A stretch of DNA of 52,681 nucleotides from a virus. Its lineage: Duplodnaviria; Caudoviricetes. The position numbers and the translations under genes are program-made. This document shows positions 10,222 through 19,576 of the stretch, in pieces. The notes under the pieces are model-generated. The model was not told where the DNA came from, searched no databases, and was given only the letters and a program-made list of their open reading frames with translations. The DNA is taken from positions 1 through 52,681 of IMG/VR virus record IMGVR_UViG_3300030060_001275, one strand, 5' to 3'. Position 1 is the first letter of the stretch. Every line of letters starts with the position of its first letter.

Positions 10222-10471
10222 CCGCTAAAGCCTCATTACGTAGATATTTAAGTGAACGCAAAACTTGTACCGCACCCTGTGCTTGATGTATAGATACAAT
10301 ATTATTTGACTGCTCTAATTTTTTATGCTGATCAGTTATTAAAATATCTATATAGTCATTAAACGCATCCCATTGTTTATTATTATTGCAAAGGGGCTTG
10401 AGCTTGCTCACCACCTTCCGGCGGTAATTGCTGCTGTCTTGCGTTTGACTGTTGTTGCTGGGGTTGTTCAT
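10214..10471 (-). CDS. Small conserved protein downstream of portal
   Basis: 85 aa, helical, ..QAQGAVQVLRSL; overlaps the portal end and the next gene start. Confidence 0.6.
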   Translation of the reverse strand: MNNPSNNSQTQDSSNYRRKVVSKLKPLCNNNKQWDAFNDYIDILITDQHKKLEQSNNIVSIHQAQGAVQVLRSLKYLRNEALADG

Positions 10472-12539
10472 TACCTGTAAATCCTTGTTCTCCCGGCACA
10501 GGAACCTGTCCTATACCAATGTTGCCGTTACCTGCTCCAGTGGGATCTTGTACGCCCGGCGGTCCACCCGCAGGTTGTGGGGAAGCAGGAGGTGCATTCT
10601 GTTGCATAAGTTTTTGTTGTAACGCCGCTTCTTCAAAGCTGTTAGTTACTTTATCTGGATCAAGATCCATAGACTTGGCAATCTCACGTACAATATATGG
10701 GAACTTAGCAAACGGTGCTAGTGTTGGGTTAGATGCTACTTGCATGAACTGCATAAGGCGTTGAGAACGTACTTCGTTTGCCATTAATGATTCAGTGCCA
10801 CGAGCTTTAACTTCTAGATCGCCTTTAATTTCTGGATCAAAGTCAAACTGCATATTAAATGAAAACATTGCTTTGCCCAAAGGAGCTAACAAATAATCAT
10901 CTACGTTTTTAATTACAGTTTTAATACCTCCTGCCGCTGCATTCATCAGCATAGATATTCCAGATGCAGTACGTCCTACACCAGATACGCCAGTTTGTCC
11001 ATGTGCAAAAGAAGGGAAGCCTGTTGACTCATCTGCGAGAACTCTAGCTTTGTCAAACAACTGCATATTCTCTCCAGAAACATTCGGAAACTTTGTACCA
11101 AATATAGCTTGTCCCGGTGCTCCACCTTGACGGCGGAATACTTTACCCGGATACACTGAGAGATCCTGACCGGGCACTAGGTTTGTCTCATCAATTTCAA
11201 TGAGCAAGTTCCCTGACAAGACTGCATTGTCTACCGCCATACGCATAAAGCCGTTCATCAGTGTTTGAGTATCGTCCATGTTTTCTGCGATACCTACACC
11301 AAAGAATGAGTATGGATTTAACTCATACGGCACAGCATAGTATGGTATGTTAGCAGGCTTAAAAGGATTTAGCACTGCACGTAGTATACGTCCGTTACAA
11401 TACCAAATATTAGCTTGCACTTCATCTACTTCACCTAAATTATCAGGTAGTTCAACATCTGCGTTTGCTAGTATTTCTTTATCTATTGTGCCCCAATACT
11501 CAAGCACTTCAAATCTATCTATGTCATAGTCAGTTTGATAATCTTTTAGATCATCTTCCCAATACTTTTTGACATATCCTTCTCCCATTTCAATGACTTC
11601 GTCAATCACTTGTTTACGAAAAAATGGACGTTTTTTAAGACTGCGTAATTGTGTGCGAGACATCTTATGACGCTCTATTATATACTGAGCCTCATCCATA
11701 TTAGATGCATCAGGGTCAGGATAAAAATTCCACACAGAAACATGGGAAGTTGAAGGAACAGTTTTAAATGTTGGACTATAAGTGCCTTCATCATCCCAGC
11801 TTGGGTATTCTTTATCTATCGCAAATGGTCCTTTCATTATTCCTGTGCCAAATAATGCCATTTCAAAAGATGTAGATCTTAGCTGTTTAGAAGCATGTGC
11901 CTCTTCCAACTGATCCATTATCTTTTTTTCCATATTTTTTGCGGCATACATTGCAGGTTCAAAAGTAATCTGCGTAGCTGTTAGACCCGGACCTTCCTGC
12001 AAATTTTCAACATCTTCTAGTTTAGTTTGCAGTGGTCCAAGATTCATTTCCCTTAAAGAGTTAGCTGTAGCTCCAGCAGGAAAATCTCTGCCATCTCCCT
12101 CAAAACCATAAAGTGAACCTTCCTCTACAGAGCTTTGCTCCATTTGTGGAGATTTCATATCAAAGTTAACTTCCTTTGATATACCTTCAGGTAACACAGT
12201 AGGATCTACTGAAATAGGAAATTTTTGATTTGCGAACAATACATCAATAATTTGACCGTATGCCGCTAATGTTTTTGTTTTAGTTACTTTAATAAACACA
12301 CGAGACTTCTCAGCAGATGTAAATTGTACATCAGGACCATATAAGCCTCTGTAGTTACGGTACGCTTGCAACCAACGATCCTCATCAGTACGGCGAGTAT
12401 CTTCAGCTTTGCTGTATTTATCTATTACATAACTAACTAACTTCTGTGTTTCAGGAGTCTCTTTAGAAATTTCTGCAACGTCATCTAGTGAAAGTTGTAC
12501 GTCAGTATCACCTTCAAAGATATTTTCTTCATCTTCCAT
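10383..12539 (-). CDS. Portal protein
   Basis: 718 aa directly after TerL; FYPDP, FFGVGIAENM, RTASGISML motifs; Q/P-rich tail. Confidence 0.9.
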   Translation of the reverse strand: MEDEENIFEGDTDVQLSLDDVAEISKETPETQKLVSYVIDKYSKAEDTRRTDEDRWLQAYRNYRGLYGPDVQFTSAEKSRVFIKVTKTKTLAAYGQIIDVLFANQKFPISVDPTVLPEGISKEVNFDMKSPQMEQSSVEEGSLYGFEGDGRDFPAGATANSLREMNLGPLQTKLEDVENLQEGPGLTATQITFEPAMYAAKNMEKKIMDQLEEAHASKQLRSTSFEMALFGTGIMKGPFAIDKEYPSWDDEGTYSPTFKTVPSTSHVSVWNFYPDPDASNMDEAQYIIERHKMSRTQLRSLKKRPFFRKQVIDEVIEMGEGYVKKYWEDDLKDYQTDYDIDRFEVLEYWGTIDKEILANADVELPDNLGEVDEVQANIWYCNGRILRAVLNPFKPANIPYYAVPYELNPYSFFGVGIAENMDDTQTLMNGFMRMAVDNAVLSGNLLIEIDETNLVPGQDLSVYPGKVFRRQGGAPGQAIFGTKFPNVSGENMQLFDKARVLADESTGFPSFAHGQTGVSGVGRTASGISMLMNAAAGGIKTVIKNVDDYLLAPLGKAMFSFNMQFDFDPEIKGDLEVKARGTESLMANEVRSQRLMQFMQVASNPTLAPFAKFPYIVREIAKSMDLDPDKVTNSFEEAALQQKLMQQNAPPASPQPAGGPPGVQDPTGAGNGNIGIGQVPVPGEQGFTGNEQPQQQQSNARQQQLPPEGGEQAQAPLQ

Positions 12540-12544
12540 ATTCT

Positions 12545-14155
12545 TTAATATCCAAATGTAGAGTCTGAGGGAACATAAGAAGAAGGACTCTGATTAGTAG
12601 GATCAAAGTCCCAGATAGAAAATCTAGGTCTTGACATTATACCATAACGTAATGCATCGTATAAGTGATCTTCTGATTTAGTATCTACATCTTCTGGGTT
12701 TCTTTTATCTAATGGTATAACAGGCAATTGAGAAATAATATTTGTACAAGTATTAAAAAATATTATTCTTGGTTCTTCTGTGTATTCGTCAACTTGCAGC
12801 CTTCTGTGCATTTCATTTTTACCAGATACACGAGAACCCGCAGATCTATCTGATGGCCTCCATCTGCATCCTTTCATATTCATTTGTTCCGCCAAAGACG
12901 GCCCAGTATCACCTCGCTTATGCCAGCACGAACTGTCCAAAATTCCATATTTGATATTGTTATCTCCTGCTTCCATATCAATAACCATGTCTGCAAGATC
13001 AGTTGCCAACACTTTACTAACATACAACTCACGATAAACAATAAGCTGTTCAGAAGGTGATACAGCAATCCAAACAACAGCAGAGTAAGAACCATAACCA
13101 TAATCACAGGCGCGAAACTTAACCCAATTGCGAGGTATATCAAAAGGCTCCACAACATGTATTTCTCTGTTAAACTCAGTGAAAGCCGCGCCTTCTGCAA
13201 CATCCCAATTGCCTTCTAATAATTGTTTTCTTTGATGCTCAGGTAAAGACAAGAGCATTGCTTCATAATCCCCCTGCTCATATAAGTGGGGATTGTCTGT
13301 TAACATAGCAGGAATAAACCTGCGTTTAAATAAAGGTTGAAACTCTTTTGAGTGTCCCTTTGGATACATTAACACTTTACCGCTTGCAATATCAGTTGCA
13401 TTAAACGATTGACCCGGAGGCGCAGGATCTATAAACATCTTTTTAACCCATGCATGACCGGGACCACCGGGGTTAGTAGTAGCTCTCATATACACTGGTA
13501 AATCAGGTGCTGTGCTACGCAAACGTGATCTCATATAGTCCCATGCAAAGTTTGTATTCCATTGTGTTAGTTCATCAAACCCTATCCAACTAAAAGCTTG
13601 TCCTTGATATCTTAATACATCATCTGCTCGATCCAGATAAGAAAACCACAACCTTGCACCGGAAGGAGCAACCCACTGCATTTTTCTCTCTGACCATTTT
13701 ATTCCGGGCCAGATCTTTGGATACATCTCCTGAGACTTCCATACAAGCTCTCTAAGCTCTTCATTGGTATGTCGTAATAGCAACCCACTAAAGGAGGGAT
13801 GACCCATGAACCTGAGAGGATCTGCAAGCATTGCGTAAGATTTACCGCCACCTGCCGCACCTCCATAGAGAACTTCTCTTTCACCTGCTGCCAAGAACTC
13901 AGTTTGAGGACCAGCATTAGGTTTAAATATTACATTATGCTCTTCTTCAGGACGTATTGGCTCAAACTCGTTAGGCTCTTGGGGATCTGCCTTTACCTCA
14001 ATGTTGGGTAATGGCTGACTCTTCTTCCTTGCTGATCCTCGACTTCCTTGCGCCAAGCCTCGACCTTTCGATGGTTTCCGCTTTGGAGATCGCCGCTTCG
14101 TACCTTCTGGCCCATTCGCGGAGAGTTGCACTTCGTCTTTTGTGGGACTGCTCAC
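12545..14155 (-). CDS. terL: Terminase large subunit (start uncertain)
   Basis: Walker A GGAAGGGKS, Walker B IGFDE, ATTNPGG, nuclease DYG...DHLYDALRY. Confidence 0.93.
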   Translation of the reverse strand: MSSPTKDEVQLSANGPEGTKRRSPKRKPSKGRGLAQGSRGSARKKSQPLPNIEVKADPQEPNEFEPIRPEEEHNVIFKPNAGPQTEFLAAGEREVLYGGAAGGGKSYAMLADPLRFMGHPSFSGLLLRHTNEELRELVWKSQEMYPKIWPGIKWSERKMQWVAPSGARLWFSYLDRADDVLRYQGQAFSWIGFDELTQWNTNFAWDYMRSRLRSTAPDLPVYMRATTNPGGPGHAWVKKMFIDPAPPGQSFNATDIASGKVLMYPKGHSKEFQPLFKRRFIPAMLTDNPHLYEQGDYEAMLLSLPEHQRKQLLEGNWDVAEGAAFTEFNREIHVVEPFDIPRNWVKFRACDYGYGSYSAVVWIAVSPSEQLIVYRELYVSKVLATDLADMVIDMEAGDNNIKYGILDSSCWHKRGDTGPSLAEQMNMKGCRWRPSDRSAGSRVSGKNEMHRRLQVDEYTEEPRIIFFNTCTNIISQLPVIPLDKRNPEDVDTKSEDHLYDALRYGIMSRPRFSIWDFDPTNQSPSSYVPSDSTFGY

Positions 14156-14453
14156 TATCTATACGCTTTTTTAAACCCATGTGAGAAATGCTACGCCCTG
14201 TCTGTTTAGTCAGCCAGTTTGCAACTTCTCTATAACTATATTGTTGTAAATACTCTTTTGCTTTTTCTAGTGCTCTTAACTCTCTAGGCACAGGAGAAAG
14301 CATATCCTTATCCTCTGGATCTTCTATATAACCAAAAGGAATAGTACGAGCTATTCTTGGAATACTAAGAAAATCTTCATCTTCTATAGTATTTTTAGGT
14401 TGTGGTAATATCCACTTACCCGTTGATCTACTAGCTGTCATTTTCCTCTTCAC
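13998..14453 (-). CDS. Putative DNA-binding protein (recombinase-like HTH)
   Basis: IPFGY...SYREVANWLT...ISHMGL motifs; lies between TerS and TerL. Confidence 0.55.
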   Translation of the reverse strand: MKRKMTASRSTGKWILPQPKNTIEDEDFLSIPRIARTIPFGYIEDPEDKDMLSPVPRELRALEKAKEYLQQYSYREVANWLTKQTGRSISHMGLKKRIDSEQSHKRRSATLREWARRYEAAISKAETIERSRLGARKSRISKEEESAITQH

Positions 14454-14802
14454 GTTTTGGTGGTAATATCATTACACCGCCCGTTGTTTCTACTTGAAGT
14501 TTTTCAGATTTAATAATACCAACACGATCCATAACTTCTTTAGCAGCTTGCATTTTTTCTTTAATGCCTAGTTCAGTAGGATCACGTAACGCACCTACCA
14601 TAGCCATAGCCGCACGAGGGGCTGACTGTGCTAAATACATATTAGTGCGTTCTAGTATTTCATCTTTTAGAGATTCAACGATTCCTGCTGTATGTTGCGT
14701 AGGTGAATATCCAGCTAATTTCTTAGCTTCTACCATACTACCTCGTGCCTCTTCAAAGAGTACATCTAAAAACTTTTGTTGTTTCTCTGTTAGCTTACGC
14801 AT
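14431..14802 (-). CDS. Terminase small subunit (putative)
   Basis: LTEKQQKFL...AKKLAGYS HTH-like start; upstream of TerL. Confidence 0.65.
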   Translation of the reverse strand: MRKLTEKQQKFLDVLFEEARGSMVEAKKLAGYSPTQHTAGIVESLKDEILERTNMYLAQSAPRAAMAMVGALRDPTELGIKEKMQAAKEVMDRVGIIKSEKLQVETTGGVMILPPKREEENDS

Positions 14803-14945
14803 TATGTATACTTCTTACTTTTCCGTTTTGTGCCATCTGCTCTTGCTATTAAACCTCTAGCTTTAGCAGATGCCCGTTCTGTAAATCCTAATTTTTTACC
14901 TGCTTTAATTTTAGCACGTAATGTAGATAATTTAGGCTTTGGCAT
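14802..14945 (-). CDS. 47-aa basic protein (not in ORF track)
   Basis: MPKPKLSTLRAKIKAGKKLGFTERASAKARGLIARADGTKRKSKKYT; its stop overlaps the TerS ATG (TAATG). Confidence 0.7.
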   Translation of the reverse strand: MPKPKLSTLRAKIKAGKKLGFTERASAKARGLIARADGTKRKSKKYT

Positions 14946-15222
14946 CTCGTTGTCTTTTCAATTGCTCTTTTGCTTTTTTAGCTAATTTAGCTTGCTCATG
15001 TTTACCAGCAACTTTGGCTCGTTGCTCTAGCACAGTTAATATCTGTATCTTTCTGGCGTATGGCTTACTAATTTTTTTAACTTTTGTAATAGTTTTTTTA
15101 GCGTCAGCCACAGTAGCGTAAGCAATTGAAACAGTGTCTTTAGGATTTTCATCCGTGTATAATCGTCTTCCGCTACCTTTTGGTTTTTTACCTGTTCCTT
15201 TTGCGGGATCTTTTTTTGTCAC
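14932..15222 (-). CDS. Basic hypothetical protein
   Basis: 96 aa, Lys-rich, RRLYTDENPKDTV motif; tightly packed with neighbours. Confidence 0.7.
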   Translation of the reverse strand: MTKKDPAKGTGKKPKGSGRRLYTDENPKDTVSIAYATVADAKKTITKVKKISKPYARKIQILTVLEQRAKVAGKHEQAKLAKKAKEQLKRQRDAKA

Positions 15223-15325
15223 GAACTACTCCAGCTAAAGTTTTTGCTTGACTTGCATGTGTTTTTGAAGCTTTTTGCAGCCCTTTCATTACTTTTTTAA
15301 TTTTTGCTACGTGTTTAACTGCCAT
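15188..15325 (-). CDS. 45-aa basic protein (not in ORF track)
   Basis: MAVKHVAKIKKVMKGLQKASKTHASQAKTLAGVVRDKKRSRKRNR; ATG directly follows the upstream stop. Confidence 0.65.
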   Translation of the reverse strand: MAVKHVAKIKKVMKGLQKASKTHASQAKTLAGVVRDKKRSRKRNR

Positions 15326-15577
15326 TTAACGATACCTTGCTGTCTTTTTTGCTATTTTTTTAGGCTGTTTTGCAAACTGTTTGCCCGATGCCTTTGCTTT
15401 CCGCTTGGCTTTGGTAGTTGCGGCATATTCTTTGGACGAGAGCGCACGGATAGCCGCTGATGGCAGATAACGCTCCCCAGTGGCCTTTGACCCTTGCGTA
15501 GAAGGCTTTCCTGATTTCGTTCGCCACTTCTGCTTCGTCCAATCTTTTAAACTCTTTTGAGACTTTTTGAGTGCCAT
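15326..15577 (-). CDS. Basic protein (DUF5872-like)
   Basis: SLKDWTKQKWRTKSGKPS...GERYLP motif; family recognised from memory. Confidence 0.65.
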   Translation of the reverse strand: MALKKSQKSLKDWTKQKWRTKSGKPSTQGSKATGERYLPSAAIRALSSKEYAATTKAKRKAKASGKQFAKQPKKIAKKTARYR

Positions 15578-15906
15578 CAGCTTTTGTAACCTCCTCCTGC
15601 TTTTTTATAAGCGGCGGCAAGCATCTGGGCTTTCCGTGCACTCCATTGACCGGATGCTCCACCTTTGCTGCCAGACTTAATGCGGTTAAAGATCCGTTTC
15701 CGTAGGCCGGGTTTGGTATAATTGCCAGCTTCATTGACTCTACTCTTAGGTTTACCTCCCGTTGACATTTTATTAACAGAAGGTTTTGTTTTACCAGCTT
15801 TGGATAAAGCAATTGCCACAGCTTGTTTTTGAGGTTTGCCTTTTTTTATTTCCGTTTTAATATTTTTAGAAATTGTTTTGGAGGATTTACCTCTTTTAAG
15901 CGGCAT
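15577..15906 (-). CDS. Basic protein with WSARKAQ motif
   Basis: 109 aa, Lys-rich; NYTKP.LR...GQWSARKAQ...YKKAGGGY; contains KMSTGGK. Confidence 0.7.
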   Translation of the reverse strand: MPLKRGKSSKTISKNIKTEIKKGKPQKQAVAIALSKAGKTKPSVNKMSTGGKPKSRVNEAGNYTKPGLRKRIFNRIKSGSKGGASGQWSARKAQMLAAAYKKAGGGYKS

Positions 15907-16312
15907 TGCTCTTTTCCTCTTCTTCTCTACTATTCCAGTATTCTACACCATAATCATGTGTTATTTCTGTTCCTTTACGTATGTCCTTTAACGCCACAAA
16001 AACAATTAAGTTTTCATTGTTTTCATCTGCACACCACTCAGCGTTTGGATCGTCAGAGTGATTGTAAAGCATGGCATAGCCTAAAGGAGCAATCATACGT
16101 GAATCATTCGTAAAAGGTGTACCGAACATATAATCCTGTAACACGGATGTGGCTTCTACGTCATCATCTTCTATACTAAGAAAAGGACAGTATTCAATTA
16201 CGTCCCCTTTTTTTATAGGAAAAGAAGCGTATACACCAAATCCGTGTATTTCAGATTCTTTTACGTATATGCTGAGCAATGACTTACTTCTTCTTAGTGG
16301 ACATTCCGCCAC
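15896..16312 (-). CDS. SET-domain protein-lysine methyltransferase
   Basis: SET motifs [10 protein letters not shown]...[28 protein letters not shown]; true start may be the TTG near 16279. Confidence 0.9.
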   Translation of the reverse strand: MAECPLRRSKSLLSIYVKESEIHGFGVYASFPIKKGDVIEYCPFLSIEDDDVEATSVLQDYMFGTPFTNDSRMIAPLGYAMLYNHSDDPNAEWCADENNENLIVFVALKDIRKGTEITHDYGVEYWNSREEEEKSNAA

Positions 16313-16478
16313 GCATCATTTTCTTTTTAGCCATTTTAGACATGCCGCCACCAGCCATTTTTTTCTTCTTAGCCATTTTAGCCATGCCACCACCCATCAT
16401 TTTTTTCTTCATGGGCATACCACCGCCACGCATCATTTTTTTCTTGGCAGTCTTTACTTTACCTTTATGTCCCGGCAT
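16284..16478 (-). CDS. 64-aa K/M/G low-complexity peptide
   Basis: Four KKKMxxGG repeats; fills the gap between neighbours in an operon-like arrangement. Confidence 0.7.
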   Translation of the reverse strand: MPGHKGKVKTAKKKMMRGGGMPMKKKMMGGGMAKMAKKKKMAGGGMSKMAKKKMMRGGMSTKKK

Positions 16479-17001
16479 TTCGTAATCCTCTTCTGTATAG
16501 AACTAAACTTTCATATGTATCTTTCGGAAAGTGTTTATAGTAACCACTCTTCTCCAGACTTAATGCTGCATCATCTAGAACAGATAGACGTTGAACAAAA
16601 ACCATAGCGTAATCAAGTTCTGAGTCTTCTAAACACTCTACTTCTTCTAGAAAATCCAACCCTGCTTCTAAAGGACTGTAGTCTGGATGAAATAACATTA
16701 AATGTAAATCTGTTCCAACTACTGACAGTGCTTCATTAATACCATCACAAAAGCCATCAAGGTACTCCATTTCTGGATATTCTTCATCAGCCCAGATAAC
16801 GATATCGAAATTATGAGTATCGTACTTTTGTATTTCTTCAACTAACCCATCTAAACCTGTGTTAATTGAAAACTTTACTTGATTATCCAACCATGCTTTT
16901 TTTGCATAAGGGCATGGAGGTAATCCGTTTAGTTTGTCACAAGGTACTTCTAAAAACTCTTGTGACCACTTTCGTATTTCATCTTCGATGTCAGACATCA
17001 A
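16465..17001 (-). CDS. Acidic hypothetical protein (DUF1415-like)
   Basis: PCPYAKKAW and FHPD motifs. Confidence 0.55.
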   Translation of the reverse strand: MMSDIEDEIRKWSQEFLEVPCDKLNGLPPCPYAKKAWLDNQVKFSINTGLDGLVEEIQKYDTHNFDIVIWADEEYPEMEYLDGFCDGINEALSVVGTDLHLMLFHPDYSPLEAGLDFLEEVECLEDSELDYAMVFVQRLSVLDDAALSLEKSGYYKHFPKDTYESLVLYRRGLRNAGT

Positions 17002-17356
17002 AGCCCATTTTACGAACAGCCTGTCTTCCTTTTGGAGACTGAGCCAACTTTTTTAATCCTTTATTAGGCAGATTATCTACAACAGCACCTCCCCCTACAT
17101 ACATGTGTGGGGTTCTTTTACCGCCAGCCATACCGCCTTCTTTCATCTTTGGGCTACCTAATGCACCTCTAACTCTCTGAAGATTTTCTTTAGCTGCCTC
17201 AAGTCTATCTTGCAAATTTTTTGATGGGCTTCCGGGATTATCACGCATACGAGCTTCTAACATTAAAACTTCTGTTTCATATTCTCGCAATTCATTTTCT
17301 AACCTAGATTTTAAATCTGCTCCAACTTGTTCTGGTGTCATATTAATTTCAGCCAT
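16991..17356 (-). CDS. Hypothetical protein with MKEGG / YVGGG motifs
   Basis: 121 aa ORF, translationally coupled to neighbours. Confidence 0.65.
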   Translation of the reverse strand: MAEINMTPEQVGADLKSRLENELREYETEVLMLEARMRDNPGSPSKNLQDRLEAAKENLQRVRGALGSPKMKEGGMAGGKRTPHMYVGGGAVVDNLPNKGLKKLAQSPKGRQAVRKMGFDV

Positions 17357-17937
17357 TATTTCTTTAACTCCGTGGTATATTTTTTACCATTCCAAGTAAA
17401 AGTTTTATTTCCTTTGTTACGAAAATGTCTAAATGCTTCTTTAAAAGAAACACCTCCTCTAGATACTCCTACATTGTAATTTTTCTTTTCTTGTTTTTTT
17501 GTTGAATCTTTTGAGGAACGTGGGACTGCTTTGCCCGGAGAACCTCTTAAACGACCAGATGCAGGATTAGGTGGTGACCCAGTTCTAGCTTTCTTTTTTG
17601 CTTTTTGTATCTGCTTGCTTCTAATCGAACGCAACGCATTTTCTGTTGCATCCGTAAGTTCAACTGCTGTGTAAACAATACCCAATGGCCCTAAAAATCT
17701 TGCACCAACACGAGCCGCAGGAGATAATTTTTTAGCCATAGCTTTAATTTTAGCCATACTTCCCTCCCCTTTAACTTTCGGGGAATCACCTACACGATCT
17801 TTTGCGTATTCCTTAACGTCTTTTTGTAAACCCTTGAGATCTTTTGCTTTTAGTTTTGGAGTTTTTTGTGCGGTTGTGAGCTTAGGCTCCTTTTTGGTTT
17901 TTTTAGCAGATTTATTTCTTTCATTGGGGGATGCCAT
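17356..17937 (-). CDS. Basic hypothetical protein
   Basis: 193 aa; C-terminal SFKEAF...KTFTWNGKKYTT motif. Confidence 0.65.
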   Translation of the reverse strand: MASPNERNKSAKKTKKEPKLTTAQKTPKLKAKDLKGLQKDVKEYAKDRVGDSPKVKGEGSMAKIKAMAKKLSPAARVGARFLGPLGIVYTAVELTDATENALRSIRSKQIQKAKKKARTGSPPNPASGRLRGSPGKAVPRSSKDSTKKQEKKNYNVGVSRGGVSFKEAFRHFRNKGNKTFTWNGKKYTTELKK

Positions 17938-17943
17938 TTTAAA

Positions 17944-18201
17944 TTAACTCCTAAGATTTTTCTTACCCGCAGTCTTAGTACGAGCAAAAGAACGATTAAC
18001 AGATTTAGGCGCAACACCTAAGTGTTTATTATTAAGAGGATTACCAGTTAGATGTGTTACATCCTTATTGTCCCCCTTACGTACAAGACCAGCCTTAGCC
18101 ATCTTAGTACGTGCGGCATTACGAGATGCCCTAGCTACCTTCTGCTTAGGTTTGCTGTGGTAGTTCTTATATTCTTTTTTGTAGTTACGAGTAACAGCCA
18201 T
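17944..18201 (-). CDS. Small HNH-like protein
   Basis: RNYKKEY...RN.AR...GDNKDVTH...N...NR pattern of small phage HNH proteins. Confidence 0.55.
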   Translation of the reverse strand: MAVTRNYKKEYKNYHSKPKQKVARASRNAARTKMAKAGLVRKGDNKDVTHLTGNPLNNKHLGVAPKSVNRSFARTKTAGKKNLRS

Positions 18202-18716
18202 TACTTACGTGACATCCTGTTAGGAGGTACTGACGCACCTGCTTTAGCTTTTATTGTACCACCTTTGTTAAGGTTTGTCTTGCTGACAACACGGCGATTT
18301 TCTTTAATAGTTTGACCGCCTTCAGGAGACTTACGACTAGCAGTGCTTGCAGGCTTAGTATCAGCACGGCTTTCGGTGACTTTATTAATAGAATCAACCA
18401 AAGCGTCAATCCCCAATGCTCCAACAGCACCTGCTCCCAATCCTTGGACTCTTCCTTTAGTAATCCCAGCCTCTGCTGCTTTTTTAGCAATCCGTTTAGC
18501 CAATGTTTGAGATGTTGTGCCCTTTTTAACAAGTTGACTAATCGGCATTCCAGTCTTATCACTAATTACAATACCTCGTTTTGCGGCATCTAGTGCGGCA
18601 TTGACTTCTTTTTCGGATGCTTTTGGTTGTACCTTCTGCAATCCTTTTTTTGCGGCGGCTCGACTGCCTGCTTTGAGCAATCGGACTGCGCTCATAATTA
18701 AATTAATTCCAGCCAT
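18201..18716 (-). CDS. Basic hypothetical protein with LNKGG motif
   Basis: 171 aa; Gly/Ala hydrophobic stretch; coupled to the next gene. Confidence 0.6.
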   Translation of the reverse strand: MAGINLIMSAVRLLKAGSRAAAKKGLQKVQPKASEKEVNAALDAAKRGIVISDKTGMPISQLVKKGTTSQTLAKRIAKKAAEAGITKGRVQGLGAGAVGALGIDALVDSINKVTESRADTKPASTASRKSPEGGQTIKENRRVVSKTNLNKGGTIKAKAGASVPPNRMSRK

Positions 18717-18724
18717 AATCTATA

Positions 18725-19009
18725 TCACCATTTTGTACACGACCAGTATCTGGCTGTGAATTTATCTTTAGCTGTATCACACTTATGCCGAGCACGAAAT
18801 GACTTACGTCTTTCTGGGTTATCCTTCTTGATCTCCATATTTGGATCACCAAAACGGACTATTTTAACCTGATCACCTTTCTTGGCAAGCACAGCAAACT
18901 TTTTATTTGAGCCGGGAGTACGCTTAGGCTTATTGTAGCCACTGAAAGTTTCACCACGATAAGTAATTCTTCCACTTTCAGTGCGTTTTACATCTTTAGT
19001 TGTCGCCAT
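18725..19009 (-). CDS. Basic conserved phage protein
   Basis: IVRFGDP...RRKSFRARHKC...ARYWSC motif. Confidence 0.7.
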   Translation of the reverse strand: MATTKDVKRTESGRITYRGETFSGYNKPKRTPGSNKKFAVLAKKGDQVKIVRFGDPNMEIKKDNPERRKSFRARHKCDTAKDKFTARYWSCTKW

Positions 19010-19214
19010 CAGTCCAACCAGCTTCTTTCATGTATTCCTCTACCTGAGACAAAGAAAGCTCGGACTTAAAACGAGCTTCTAACGCTTCACGCACAAAGAA
19101 TACATCTGAGTGCGGTATGTGAATGCTACTTAAAGGAGTGTTATTACGAATACAATCGTAAACACTCTCTATTAGTCCCTCTCTTGTGTTAATTTTTACT
19201 TTATTATTATACAT
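18996..19214 (-). CDS. Hypothetical protein, first gene of the late arm
   Basis: 72 aa, HIPHSDVFFVR; overlaps the next gene. Confidence 0.55.
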   Translation of the reverse strand: MYNNKVKINTREGLIESVYDCIRNNTPLSSIHIPHSDVFFVREALEARFKSELSLSQVEEYMKEAGWTDGDN

Positions 19215-19243
19215 AGTTATATCTACGTAGTTACAAATGTCAA
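19214..19243 (-). promoter_or_regulatory. Promoter TTGACA-N16-TATAACTA
   Basis: TTGACA at 19243-19238, TATAAC at 19221-19216. Confidence 0.75.
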
Positions 19244-19459
19244 GTATTTCTAATAAAATGAAAACATTTTAGTGAAGTGCATACAGATTGGAGCACTGGG
19301 GGAGTGTTTATTGGAGTTTAGCACAGATATTACTGTTATGCAAAACTTATTTTAGTGTCTACATATAAGTGTACATTTAAATGCTACACTTTAAGTGTCT
19401 TTAACAAGAAAATTTCTTTTAGTTTTTGTGTTTTCTTCTTTTCTAATGTTTCACATTAG

Positions 19460-19489
19460 TAGTTATATCCAGAAAATAAATCTTGTCAA
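19460..19489 (-). promoter_or_regulatory. Promoter TTGACA-N16-TATAACTA
   Basis: TTGACA at 19489-19484, TATAAC at 19467-19462. Confidence 0.75.
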
Positions 19490-19532
19490 GTAGTATTTTA
19501 AGTATTTCAGTTATAAATGCACCCGATTTTAA

Positions 19533-19576
19533 ATATGTTACTTATGGTAACACTATATGTTACTCATAGTAACTGT
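19533..19576. repeat. Tandem palindromic boxes ATATGTTAC-N5-GTAAC, 22-bp period
   Basis: GTTACttatgGTAAC at 19537-19551 and GTTACtcataGTAAC at 19559-19573. Confidence 0.65.

Noticed and set aside
15360-15812. 150-aa alternative-frame ORF across two basic genes
   Set aside because: It overlaps two better-supported, translationally coupled ORFs that carry recognisable motifs.
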